From contig JAHLLG010000002.1 of NCBI GenBank assembly GCA_020444275.1, forward strand, positions 481,991 to 545,990: a stretch of 64,000 bases of DNA, written 5' to 3'. Every line of letters starts with the position of its first letter. Position 1 is the stretch's first letter. Below, one piece after another: positions 17,001 to 25,339 of this stretch. Position numbers and translations under genes: made by a program. Under the pieces are notes generated by a model. It was not told the DNA's origin and did no database searches. It worked only from the letters and a program-made list of their open reading frames with translations. The DNA is from Bacteroidota bacterium. GTDB taxonomy: Bacteria > Bacteroidota > Bacteroidia > Bacteroidales > UBA12077.

Positions 17001-18760
17001 TCAAAATCACGATCTTTTTTCATTACAATTTGCTGATGTTTAGGATATATAGCCACATTTTGCGAGTCGGAAAGAAATATTTGTGGTACACCATTAATTT
17101 CTAAATCGTACGATTTTAAATCTAACACAGCATTATGAACCATATCTTCAGTTGCTGAATTGAACCTAATCACATCATAATCTATTTTCCCAAATCGGGC
17201 ATCAATAAAATCATATAACTTATTTTTTATGATAGCTTCATCATTATCAGGATCATAAAAAATGTATCCATCAACACTTAAAAACATGAGCATTTGCTTA
17301 ATCTGGTAGGTGTCATATTTCATAAACCGGGCAAGTTCTTCAGCTGAAAATACCTCAGAATTGATCTTATTAGAAAAGTTGCGAAGCACAAGCAGAGGGT
17401 GATACTGATCTCTTAACATTAATCTATCAAATTCTATAAGACTGTAATAGTTTGCAGATGTAAATGTTGCATTCCCAATGGCAGCAGCTCTTCGTTTAGT
17501 CATGTAAATTTTATCATCATCTAATTTCCATACAAGTCGATCAAAACTCAATGAAATATTATGATACGAATTAAAATATGGTCCTTTGGATATAATCCTG
17601 TCCGATGGTGTTAAAGTAACTTCTTTTATATAAGGAGTATAATGAAACGATATACCCGGATGGTAAATGGAATCATTTTTAAGATGAATGGTTATTTGTG
17701 AATTATTCGAAACTACTTTACCATTACCAAACATATAAGCATCTGAAGTTGATGTGATAATTGTAGTATCATTTTTTTGAATGGTAAGTACCGCATCATT
17801 ATTTGCGTCGCCACTACCAATAAGATTCGCTCCTTTCATGTAAAAACCACCATCATAATTTATATCAGGATAGATATCTTCAATCTGAAAACGTTTCTTA
17901 TATGAATTAAATTCGGGATATATAGCTCTGTCTGGTTTTATGATATGCACAACCTGGTCGGTTAGTTGACCTAAAATAGGTTCATCGAAATAGAGTTTAT
18001 TTATAAAAATTGCAGAGTCAGCTTTATATCCCGATTTCGAGAAATCAACGGTATATTTGTTTAATTCTGCTTTTACATCTTTAGGGTTATAGTCGGCCCT
18101 TTCCCAAGTCACATAACCTTTTTTCCCTTTCCATTGATGCGTTATAGGATAAAATACTCCTGATGTTTCAAATATATTGATAGAATCTTCTTTGATTTTA
18201 CACGTTAGATCTGTTTTTTCAAAAATGATCTTAAAGTTATCGTCAATAACGAACTTAAAATCGGATGTACTAACATACCAATTGGTTGAATAGGTGCTGT
18301 AAATTAAATTCTTTTCGATCAGATTTTTTGAATTTTTAAAATAATCGGTAATAACACGCAGGGGATATTTTTCATTTTCGAAAATAAAGTAAATTCCTTT
18401 CTCCCAATCATCGTAATGTTTCATTGCGTTTTCAGAACGATGAAAGGCCATAACAATATCGAAATATGAAGTAAAATGAGGATTCCGGCGTGCTTTATTA
18501 TGTAGCATAAAATTGCAAACATCTACAAAACGGCCTTTCACATCTTCGTTAAAGTAGCCAGTGTTCCATTTCTCAATAAAAGATTCCAGGCTGTCTTTTT
18601 GATCATCAGGCAGGTTTCTACTGACAAACTCTTCAAACTGCTCAATGAATTGCGTTGAATCGTTTTGAAACTCTTTTAAATCTTGACCTCTAGCATTTGA
18701 AGAAATGATAAAGAAGCTAAGAAATGCAATGGTAAGACCTTTGAACAGATGTTTATTCAT
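14078..18760 (-). CDS. very large (1560 aa) exported protein of unknown function with a basic patch and an acidic low-complexity C-terminal tail
   Basis: One uninterrupted ORF. N-terminal signal peptide (…FFIISSNARGQD). The C-terminus has KKRKRKLKTSRR followed by an E/Q/K-rich tail (…EEEQAAKEEERKRLEQEQKK…EEENEN). No T9SS CTD recognised. Confidence 0.8.
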   Translation of the reverse strand: MNKHLFKGLTIAFLSFFIISSNARGQDLKEFQNDSTQFIEQFEEFVSRNLPDDQKDSLESFIEKWNTGYFNEDVKGRFVDVCNFMLHNKARRNPHFTSYFDIVMAFHRSENAMKHYDDWEKGIYFIFENEKYPLRVITDYFKNSKNLIEKNLIYSTYSTNWYVSTSDFKFVIDDNFKIIFEKTDLTCKIKEDSINIFETSGVFYPITHQWKGKKGYVTWERADYNPKDVKAELNKYTVDFSKSGYKADSAIFINKLYFDEPILGQLTDQVVHIIKPDRAIYPEFNSYKKRFQIEDIYPDINYDGGFYMKGANLIGSGDANNDAVLTIQKNDTTIITSTSDAYMFGNGKVVSNNSQITIHLKNDSIYHPGISFHYTPYIKEVTLTPSDRIISKGPYFNSYHNISLSFDRLVWKLDDDKIYMTKRRAAAIGNATFTSANYYSLIEFDRLMLRDQYHPLLVLRNFSNKINSEVFSAEELARFMKYDTYQIKQMLMFLSVDGYIFYDPDNDEAIIKNKLYDFIDARFGKIDYDVIRFNSATEDMVHNAVLDLKSYDLEINGVPQIFLSDSQNVAIYPKHQQIVMKKDRDFDFGGIIEAGLFTFYGQDFDFNYDTFKINLHNIDSLRIKVPTEERDMYNNPVLAHIKNTVEIITGELLIDAPNNKSGLENFPEYPVFKSNENSYVYYDASNIFNGVYKRDSFYFELDPFVIDSLDNFSVKGLVFDGTFYSTNIFPPFEDAIYMRPDYSLGFRRETPPEGFPLYAGKGAYYKTIDLSNQGLKGSGTLEYLTSSANTDSILFFPDSTKIHAIDFTLDKRMSGIEFPELKSNEVDLVWYPYDDILHAHQTKDPFNMYGNNSLLSGSLIVKPTGLSGKGIMNLEKAELKSNLFHFSANSFRSDTTSFNLKSLDKSDFNFLTENLKGEVDFTTQSGTFNSNESFTLARFPKNLYVSYLDKFDWSILNDEISIESSPQIDTTDASDEVKQLARLKDDNLPGALFMSIHRSQDSLRFASTHAVYRLKDSTINATEVEYVRVADALIFPDENDVTIGHTAEFKTLTNSEIIANTEDRFHRIYNSKINVKGRFKYLATGDYDYIDENKETQIIHFTDIYVDTTRQTIGKSSITMDEEFTLSPVYHYQGDVILKASRKHLTFNGGVKLAYDCPRKETQFVQFESEINPDSIYIPITSTTQSINGRGLHAATFITKDSSHIYSRFLDRRRDPNDVALVSATGYLFFDKNSNKYTVTSEEKHLKPDTTGRLVSLQRDFCLQHGEGLVNLGVDLGQIKLSPAGSVNHLLNENEVKTELVMALDFFFSDAALDSLASELQAARGLDAISLTSDFFEKNMTELVGKANYNEFNNQLMLYANEAKLPNSTQHTMLLGNIKFKWYTEQGMYLNYGKIGITTINNKPINKYVEGYVQIFKRRSGDILKFYFELPNKDYYYFSYTRGVMQTLSNNEDYVNAIQAIKKRKRKLKTSRRETPYRYIIATEQNKVQFLRNIRLFEEEQAAKEEERKRLEQEQKKLEQWDQQTEEPEPEVEDVQKEEQPDQSEQKSEEEGLGEEENEN

Positions 18761-18773
18761 ACGTTTGAACTAT

Positions 18774-19613
18774 TTATTTTTTATAAAATTTAGCAGCAAC
18801 CCAGTCATGCTTTTCATAATGACTGATATATTCGATATTGTTTTCTAATGCTTCCTTTTTGATCATGGCTAAATCTTTCTGGTACAGACCACTTAATAGC
18901 AATGTTCCATCCTGCTTAAGTACTTTTGCATAATGTTTAATATCATCCATTAAAATATTCCTGTTGATATTTGCAATGATTACATCGAATTGTTGTTTTT
19001 GTAATAATCCGGCATCACCTCGTAAGACCTTAATATGAGAACAGTTATTTTTTTCAATATTCTCCAGCGTGTTGTTATAGGCCCACTCGTCAATATCAAT
19101 TGCGGTAATTTCTTTAGCCTCTTTAAAGCATGCCAAAATAGCCAGTACTCCGGTACCACAGCCCATATCCAGCACATTTTTATCATTAAAATCCATTTCG
19201 AGCATGGTTTTTAGCATCAGGTAAGTTGTTTCGTGATGCCCGGTGCCAAATGACATTTTTGGCTCAATAATTATTTCGTACGTTGTTTTTGGTGTATTCT
19301 TATGAAACGGAGCACGTATTAAACATTGATCTTCAACAATAATAGGCTCAAAGTTTTTTTCCCAAACCTGGTTCCAATTTTGTGTTTTTATGGTAGCGTA
19401 GGAGTAATCAATCTCCACATTCGGTATTTTATTTACCTGCAGTAGTTTTACTTTCTCCAGGTCGAAAAATTTCTCTAGTATATATGCATGAAGACCATCT
19501 TCACTTTCATCGTAACTTTCGTAACCAATTTGGTTTAGTTGAGCAATTAGAATGTCGTTAATTTCCTGAATATTTTCAGCAGAAATTGAGCAAATTAGTT
19601 CAATATAATCCAT
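18774..19613 (-). CDS. prmA: ribosomal protein L11 methyltransferase
   Basis: 279 aa. FGTGHHETT and VLDMGCGTGVLAI motifs, with the NI..N motif near ANINRN. Confidence 0.92.
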   Translation of the reverse strand: MDYIELICSISAENIQEINDILIAQLNQIGYESYDESEDGLHAYILEKFFDLEKVKLLQVNKIPNVEIDYSYATIKTQNWNQVWEKNFEPIIVEDQCLIRAPFHKNTPKTTYEIIIEPKMSFGTGHHETTYLMLKTMLEMDFNDKNVLDMGCGTGVLAILACFKEAKEITAIDIDEWAYNNTLENIEKNNCSHIKVLRGDAGLLQKQQFDVIIANINRNILMDDIKHYAKVLKQDGTLLLSGLYQKDLAMIKKEALENNIEYISHYEKHDWVAAKFYKK

Positions 19614-19621
19614 TGTTGTAT

Positions 19622-20374
19622 TTAAAATGAGTTAGCAATAGCAATAAAATCATCTGCTTTTAAAGAAGCACCACCGATTAAGCCACCATCAACATCGGGA
19701 TTGGCAAAAAGCTCTTTGGCATTACCAGGCTTACAGCTACCACCATATAAAATAGAAAGGTTGGAGGCTATTTCCGAGCCATACGAGTTTTTAATGGTTT
19801 CGCGGATAAACTGGTGCATTTCCTGTGCTTGTTCCGGAGTAGCAGTTTTTCCGGTGCCAATTGCCCAAACGGGTTCGTAAGCTAGGATAACTTGTTTGAA
19901 ATCATCTGAGCTAATACTATCAAACATGCCTTTTATTTGTTTTGCAACAACCTGAAAGTGCTCGTTATTTTCTCTTTCTTTTAATACTTCGCCACAACAA
20001 ACAATGGGCACTAAATTATTTTCTAAGCTTATTTTAATTTTTTCATTAATTAATTCATCGGTTTCATGGTAATATGCTCTTCGCTCGGAATGCCCCAGAA
20101 TAACAAAATTTGCTCCTACAGATTTAACCATTTGTGCTGAAACTTCTCCTGTAAAGGCACCTTCTGGTTTATTCGAACAGTTTTGTGTTGCTACACCAAT
20201 ATTTGTGTCTTTGAGCATTTTAACTGCTTCGGTTGTTAAAATAAAAGGAGGAGCAACCACAAGTAGGGTTTGGTTTACAGTTCCTGCTTTTTGTTTTATT
20301 TCATTGATTAGTTCGATACCTTCGGAAAAGATTTTATTCATTTTCCAGTTACCTGCTACAATTTGTTTTCTCAT
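19622..20374 (-). CDS. tpiA: triose-phosphate isomerase
   Basis: 250 aa. VAGNWKMN, ILGHSERR and AYEPVWAIGTG signatures. Confidence 0.97.
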   Translation of the reverse strand: MRKQIVAGNWKMNKIFSEGIELINEIKQKAGTVNQTLLVVAPPFILTTEAVKMLKDTNIGVATQNCSNKPEGAFTGEVSAQMVKSVGANFVILGHSERRAYYHETDELINEKIKISLENNLVPIVCCGEVLKERENNEHFQVVAKQIKGMFDSISSDDFKQVILAYEPVWAIGTGKTATPEQAQEMHQFIRETIKNSYGSEIASNLSILYGGSCKPGNAKELFANPDVDGGLIGGASLKADDFIAIANSF

Positions 20375-20407
20375 GATGAATAATATTATGGATTTTCAAT
20401 GTATTAT

Positions 20408-20415
20408 CAAAAATA
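20408..20415 (-). promoter_or_regulatory. candidate -7 promoter box for tpiA
   Basis: The minus strand reads TATTTTTG, 34 nt upstream of the tpiA ATG. Confidence 0.4.
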
Positions 20416-20493
20416 AGAAATAATAAGCTTAGCACTTACTATTTTTTAGTAAAAGTTACGTTTTATAATAATCTAAGATTTAAAAAAGAATTA

Positions 20494-21573
20494 TTAGCTT
20501 ATTCTAACCCTTGGATCAAATATTCCATAAAGGATATCAACCAGGGTATTAATAATAATGAAAAGAACTGAGATGGTAAGCACACATCCAATAATTACCG
20601 GAAAATCATATTTGTTGAGAGAATCTACAATAACAAAACCTAAACCTTTCCAACCGAATATATACTCAATAAATACTACTCCGGCCATTAACGAAGCAAA
20701 CCATCCTGATATTGCAGTTATTACGGGACTAAGCGAGTTTTTTAAAGCATGTTTCCATATGATTCTTTTAAATGGTAATCCTTTTGCTTTTGCGGTTCTG
20801 ATATAATCTTGAGAAAGAACATCGAGCATTGAATTTCGTGAAAGCTGAATTACAATTGCCAGAGGTCTTATGCCTAGTGTAAAGGCCGGAAGAATTAAAT
20901 TTTTAAGTTGTAAATGAACACCTTCTCCAAAATCATCTATTTCGTAAAGATTTCCAGTTAAGTTAAGGCCTGTAATATCTCCCAGGACAAATGCAAATAT
21001 CCAACCGATAAGTATTGCAGCAAAAAACGAAGGTAGCGACATACCAAATGCTGAGAAAAATAGCGATGCCCTGTCAAATAAACTATCTTTTTTAATTGCT
21101 GCTATTACACCTAAAAAAACTCCAAGAATACTTGCAAACAGAATGGAAACTACAGCCAAAATAAATGTGTTCGGTAGGGTTTCAGCAATAATGTCGGATA
21201 CCTGTTTTTTACTTTGATAGGAGCGACGGAGATATGGCATTTTGGCAACAAGCACATTTTCTCCAGTTACATTTATTAACGGAGTTGCTTTATACTTAGC
21301 GGAATCAAGATAAAAGTAACTCTCTTTGTTCTTATTGTTATGAATAGAAAGGGGGCTAAGATCATTCAAGTATTTTACATACTGTAATGCTTTGGATTTA
21401 TCCAACCCTAACTCTTTTCGAATAGATTCAACAGTAGAAATATCTGAACGTTGGCCGAGCATCATTTTGGCCGGATCTCCTGGCAAGATGTTGAAAAGAA
21501 AAAAAACAACGGTTATTACTCCCCACAAAATAAGGAAAGCATATAATAACCGTTTGAGTAGAAAATTTATCAC
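20494..21573 (-). CDS. ABC transporter permease subunit (DppB/OppB-type), no partner subunits in the window
   Basis: 359 aa, GTG start. N-terminal …LPGDPAKMMLG and the EAA-loop region (DYIRTAKAKGL) are typical of binding-protein-dependent peptide/nickel permeases. Confidence 0.85.
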   Translation of the reverse strand: MINFLLKRLLYAFLILWGVITVVFFLFNILPGDPAKMMLGQRSDISTVESIRKELGLDKSKALQYVKYLNDLSPLSIHNNKNKESYFYLDSAKYKATPLINVTGENVLVAKMPYLRRSYQSKKQVSDIIAETLPNTFILAVVSILFASILGVFLGVIAAIKKDSLFDRASLFFSAFGMSLPSFFAAILIGWIFAFVLGDITGLNLTGNLYEIDDFGEGVHLQLKNLILPAFTLGIRPLAIVIQLSRNSMLDVLSQDYIRTAKAKGLPFKRIIWKHALKNSLSPVITAISGWFASLMAGVVFIEYIFGWKGLGFVIVDSLNKYDFPVIIGCVLTISVLFIIINTLVDILYGIFDPRVRIS

Positions 21574-21580
21574 AAGATAG

Positions 21581-22753
21581 TTAGTTCAGTTCAGCTAATA
21601 CTTCGTCTTTCTCAGCCGGGTTATCATTATACTCCGGATTATTTATAAAATTCTCTTCGATTTCTTCAATTGAAGGTGTGTTGTTATGATGCCATTTTCC
21701 CAAGATTGTACCTTTCTTTAATAATACAATTCCCGGATTTGCCCGAATAATTGTTTTAAGTGTAATTTCATCGGTATTAAAAAACATGAAAGGAGCATTT
21801 GTTTCTTGTTTAAAGTCTTCTATTTCAGACTCTAAAGAAGATGTTAGACAGATAAAGTTGCAGTTTCCGGCATCTATTGCAAATTCAGCTAATTTATTTA
21901 TTTCGTCTATATTTTTTGTGCTCGTTTTATTCAAATCATATGCGACAAGTAAAAATGTAAATTTATTATCGTTTAAGATAATTTCAGTAATATCATTTCC
22001 TATAGGTGTAGAAATGGTAAAATCATGAATTGGAGGCACATAACCTTCCGAGATTTGAATGTTTTCTGTAGAAACCCACTCCCAGGTTGAATCGGGTAAA
22101 TTCTCCATAGTAAATTCTTTTTCAACTCCATCTTTCTGGTATACCAGCACAGTTTCATATTCAGCTTTTGGAGCGTCTTCCGGAATAATCATTTTTTCAG
22201 GAATAAAAGTGCCAATGCTATATGGTCTGAAATCTATAATAGGTAGATTTCTATAGCAATAAACTGATAATAAAATACTAAACAAAAGAGGAATCATCAT
22301 GAAACTCCATTGTGATTTTACTTTCCAGTTGGTTTCAAATTTATTTCTGTTAATAAAAAGAATTATTGTGAAAATCATTAAAAATACATTTTTCCAGAAA
22401 GTTTGCCAGTTAGTCATAATTATGGCATCGCCAAAACAACCACAGTCGGTAACAGGGTTATAAATGGCAAGGATTAGTGTGAGAATAGTGAAAAAGCTCA
22501 TAAAAACAAGCAATGCCCAACTGGTAAGCTTCTTGCGTGTTGCAAACAAAAGGGAAAAACCAATCACAAATTCAAGTGAGCTCAATAAAATGGCAAGCGG
22601 TAATGCTAATACCGATAAAGAGTCTAAACCAAAAGCTTCAAAATAATCAACAAATTTATACGTAGAACCAAGCGGGTCAATTGCTTTTACAAATCCCGAG
22701 AAAATAAATACGATACCTACAATAAATCGGCTAATATTATTTAAAGTTTTCAT
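21581..22753 (-). CDS. BT_3928-type DoxX/MauE-like membrane protein with a C-terminal thioredoxin-like domain
   Basis: 390 aa. N-terminal multi-TM part with the DCGCFGD motif, then a soluble C-terminal domain resembling TlpA/thioredoxin-like proteins but without CxxC (CNFIC instead). Confidence 0.7.
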   Translation of the reverse strand: MKTLNNISRFIVGIVFIFSGFVKAIDPLGSTYKFVDYFEAFGLDSLSVLALPLAILLSSLEFVIGFSLLFATRKKLTSWALLVFMSFFTILTLILAIYNPVTDCGCFGDAIIMTNWQTFWKNVFLMIFTIILFINRNKFETNWKVKSQWSFMMIPLLFSILLSVYCYRNLPIIDFRPYSIGTFIPEKMIIPEDAPKAEYETVLVYQKDGVEKEFTMENLPDSTWEWVSTENIQISEGYVPPIHDFTISTPIGNDITEIILNDNKFTFLLVAYDLNKTSTKNIDEINKLAEFAIDAGNCNFICLTSSLESEIEDFKQETNAPFMFFNTDEITLKTIIRANPGIVLLKKGTILGKWHHNNTPSIEEIEENFINNPEYNDNPAEKDEVLAELN

Positions 22754-22775
22754 GCTATTAATTTTTGAAATGTTT

Positions 22776-23462
22776 TTATATAATGTTTTCTTGTTTTAAT
22801 AGTTCAATTATTTTTGAAAATATCTCTTCCGCTTTCGACATTTCATCATTTTCATCTGCACAATTAATGATTTTTAAGTGGTCATCTTTTTTTACTTCGT
22901 GCAAGTATACGTTTCTTACCCGATTTTGAAAATCAATGTCTTTTTCGTGAATGTCTTCTTTTCCATTCAGATAATTTCGGTCATCACCAGATCTGCTATT
23001 GGTTAAATTTTTACGTGTAAAATTAAACGGTACATTTAAAAAAATGTTGAGGGCTGGTTTAGGAATTTTAAAATAGTTGTACTCCAAATCCTTAATCCAT
23101 GCGCTCAGCTTTTCAATTTCATCTTGCGAGTTTAACTTAGCACACTGAAAAGCAATATTAGAATAAACATAACGATCGACAATAACCAGTTTGTCTTCTG
23201 TTAACCATTGGTTTATTTTTTCTTTGGCATCGTTTCTGTCACCTGCATAAATCAGTGCAATTAAATATGGATTTACTGTATTAATATCGCCTAATTCTCC
23301 GCGAAGGAAGCTTGCAATTAAACCTCCATAAATTCTTGAATCAGTTCTTGGGAAATGTAGATATTCATAATCAATTTGATGATCTTCAAGATATTTACGT
23401 AACATTTTGAGCTGTGTTGATTTGCCCGATCCATCCAATCCTTCAATTACAATAAAACGCAT
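22776..23462 (-). CDS. tmk: dTMP (thymidylate) kinase
   Basis: MRFIVIEGLDGSGKSTQ P-loop, DRY motif (VDRYVYS). The ORF-track start at 23474 is a TTG, so the ATG at 23462 is preferred. Confidence 0.85.
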   Translation of the reverse strand: MRFIVIEGLDGSGKSTQLKMLRKYLEDHQIDYEYLHFPRTDSRIYGGLIASFLRGELGDINTVNPYLIALIYAGDRNDAKEKINQWLTEDKLVIVDRYVYSNIAFQCAKLNSQDEIEKLSAWIKDLEYNYFKIPKPALNIFLNVPFNFTRKNLTNSRSGDDRNYLNGKEDIHEKDIDFQNRVRNVYLHEVKKDDHLKIINCADENDEMSKAEEIFSKIIELLKQENII

Positions 23463-23535
23463 ATGTTTGTACAATTAACTAAATTAAAATTATTTACTGG
23501 TTTTGCAGCATAATGCTGACTTCATACAATTTTAT

Positions 23536-23543
23536 TACATTTG
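23536..23543 (+). promoter_or_regulatory. candidate -7 promoter box for folP
   Basis: TACATTTG 27 nt upstream of the folP ATG. It is embedded in the 17-nt block AATTTTATTACATTTGT, which recurs upstream of cdaA. Confidence 0.55.
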
Positions 23544-23569
23544 TGTACTTAATGATAACGTACTGAAAA

Positions 23570-24454
23570 ATGCAGCCTAAAGATACATTTTTTTCAAGAA
23601 AACAAACCATCAACTGTGGTGGAGAATTAATAGATCTGTCGGAACCAAAAATCATGGCGATTTTAAATATTACTCCCGATTCGTTTTATGATGGTGGCAA
23701 GCATGTTTCTCTGAAAGATATCAAATCACATATTAATAATTTAATTCAAGAAGGTGCTGATATTATTGATGTTGGTGCATATTCATCAAGACCGGGAGCA
23801 AAGGATGTTTCGGCAGAAGAAGAACTTGAGAGGTTAAGTCCGGTATTAGAAATGTTAAGAAAAGATTTTTCCAAACTTATTATTTCGGTTGATACGTTTA
23901 GATCTGAAGTTGCACAACGAGTAGTTGAGGATTTTAATGTGGATATTATTAATGACATTTCGGCTGGTGATCTTGACAAAGATATGTTCAAGACAATGGC
24001 AAAATTGCAGGTTCCATATATAATGATGCATATGCAGGGAACACCTCAAACGATGCAGAAAGATCCCCAATATAAGAATGTTGTTCAGGAGATCATGGAA
24101 TACTTCTCAAAAAAGATTGATGCATTGAAGTTGTCAGGAGTAAATGATGTGATTCTTGACCCGGGGTTTGGATTTGGAAAAACGGTTGATCATAACTTTC
24201 AGCTTTTAAAACATTTAAGCGATTTTAAATTGTTTGAACTTCCGGTTTTAGTAGGTGTATCCAGAAAATCGATGATTAATAAAGTACTTGAAATATCTCC
24301 GGATAAGGCACTTAATGGAACTACTATTGTTCATACAATGGCTTTATTAAACGGAGCAAATATCTTACGAGTACATGATGTTAAAGAAGCTAAGGAAGCT
24401 ATCCTCTTAACCTCAAAATATAAACAGACCTGTATTGATAATTGGTACGAATAG
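23570..24454 (+). CDS. folP: dihydropteroate synthase
   Basis: 294 aa. Motifs seen: IMAILNITPDSFYDGG, DIIDVGAYSSRPGA, SVDT, DPGFGFGKT, GVSRKS. Confidence 0.95.
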   Translation: MQPKDTFFSRKQTINCGGELIDLSEPKIMAILNITPDSFYDGGKHVSLKDIKSHINNLIQEGADIIDVGAYSSRPGAKDVSAEEELERLSPVLEMLRKDFSKLIISVDTFRSEVAQRVVEDFNVDIINDISAGDLDKDMFKTMAKLQVPYIMMHMQGTPQTMQKDPQYKNVVQEIMEYFSKKIDALKLSGVNDVILDPGFGFGKTVDHNFQLLKHLSDFKLFELPVLVGVSRKSMINKVLEISPDKALNGTTIVHTMALLNGANILRVHDVKEAKEAILLTSKYKQTCIDNWYE

Positions 24455-24497
24455 TATTATGTGTTGTGTGGTAGTGAAAACTTAGCACTAATTTTAT

Positions 24498-24505
24498 TAC
24501 ATTTG
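24498..24505 (+). promoter_or_regulatory. candidate -7 promoter box for cdaA
   Basis: TACATTTG 34 nt upstream of the cdaA ATG, within the same 17-nt block as upstream of folP. Confidence 0.55.
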
Positions 24506-24538
24506 TTATAATTAAGAAACTAATTCCAATAGATTTAT

Positions 24539-25324
24539 ATGTTTACTGCTTTTATTACCATACGGATTTTAGATATTATTGATATACTGCTTGTAGCTTT
24601 TCTGTTATATCAAATTTATAACCTTATTCGTGGTACTACAGCAATAAATATCTTTATAGGAATATTTCTATTATATCTATTGTGGCTTATTGTTAAGGCA
24701 TTAAACATGGACTTGCTGGGAAGTATTCTGGGGCAAGTGATTGGTGTCGGTGTAATTGCTTTAATCATAGTATTCCAGCAAGAAATCAGGAGGTTTTTAC
24801 TTATTATTAGTACACGATATATTACCAGTCGTGGGTTCTCATTTGAAAAGTTATTTTCATTTGGCGAAAAGAAACAAGATCATATCAATATAGATGCCAT
24901 TGTAAATGCATGTTCCAATATGTCGGCTTTCAAAACAGGCGCTTTAATTGCGGTTACTAAAAGATCAGACTTGCTAAGCTTTATACGAACCGGTGATATG
25001 ATTAATGCAGATACATCAAGTAGATTACTGGAAAGTATTTTCTTTAAAAACAGTCCTTTACATGATGGTGCCGTAATTATTAAACAGGATAAAATAGCAG
25101 CAGCACGCTGTGTGTTGCCTACTACCGAAAGAATCGATTTGCCACCACAATATGGAATGAGACACAGAGCAGCACTCGGAATAACAGAAAAAACAGATGC
25201 TGTGGTTATTATCGTCTCAGAAGAAACCGGAGCTATTTCCTTTGCCAAGCAAGAAAGTATTGAACGAAATATTGGACCAAACAGGCTTCGACAGCTTTTA
25301 CAAAAAGAATTTGCAAACGAATAG
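24539..25324 (+). CDS. cdaA: diadenylate cyclase CdaA (membrane-anchored DAC/DisA_N domain)
   Basis: Three N-terminal TM helices, then GALIAV, HDGAVII and the RHRAALGITE..DA..IIVSEETG signature of c-di-AMP synthases. Confidence 0.92.
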   Translation: MFTAFITIRILDIIDILLVAFLLYQIYNLIRGTTAINIFIGIFLLYLLWLIVKALNMDLLGSILGQVIGVGVIALIIVFQQEIRRFLLIISTRYITSRGFSFEKLFSFGEKKQDHINIDAIVNACSNMSAFKTGALIAVTKRSDLLSFIRTGDMINADTSSRLLESIFFKNSPLHDGAVIIKQDKIAAARCVLPTTERIDLPPQYGMRHRAALGITEKTDAVVIIVSEETGAISFAKQESIERNIGPNRLRQLLQKEFANE

Positions 25325-25339
25325 AAGTAACTTAAACTT

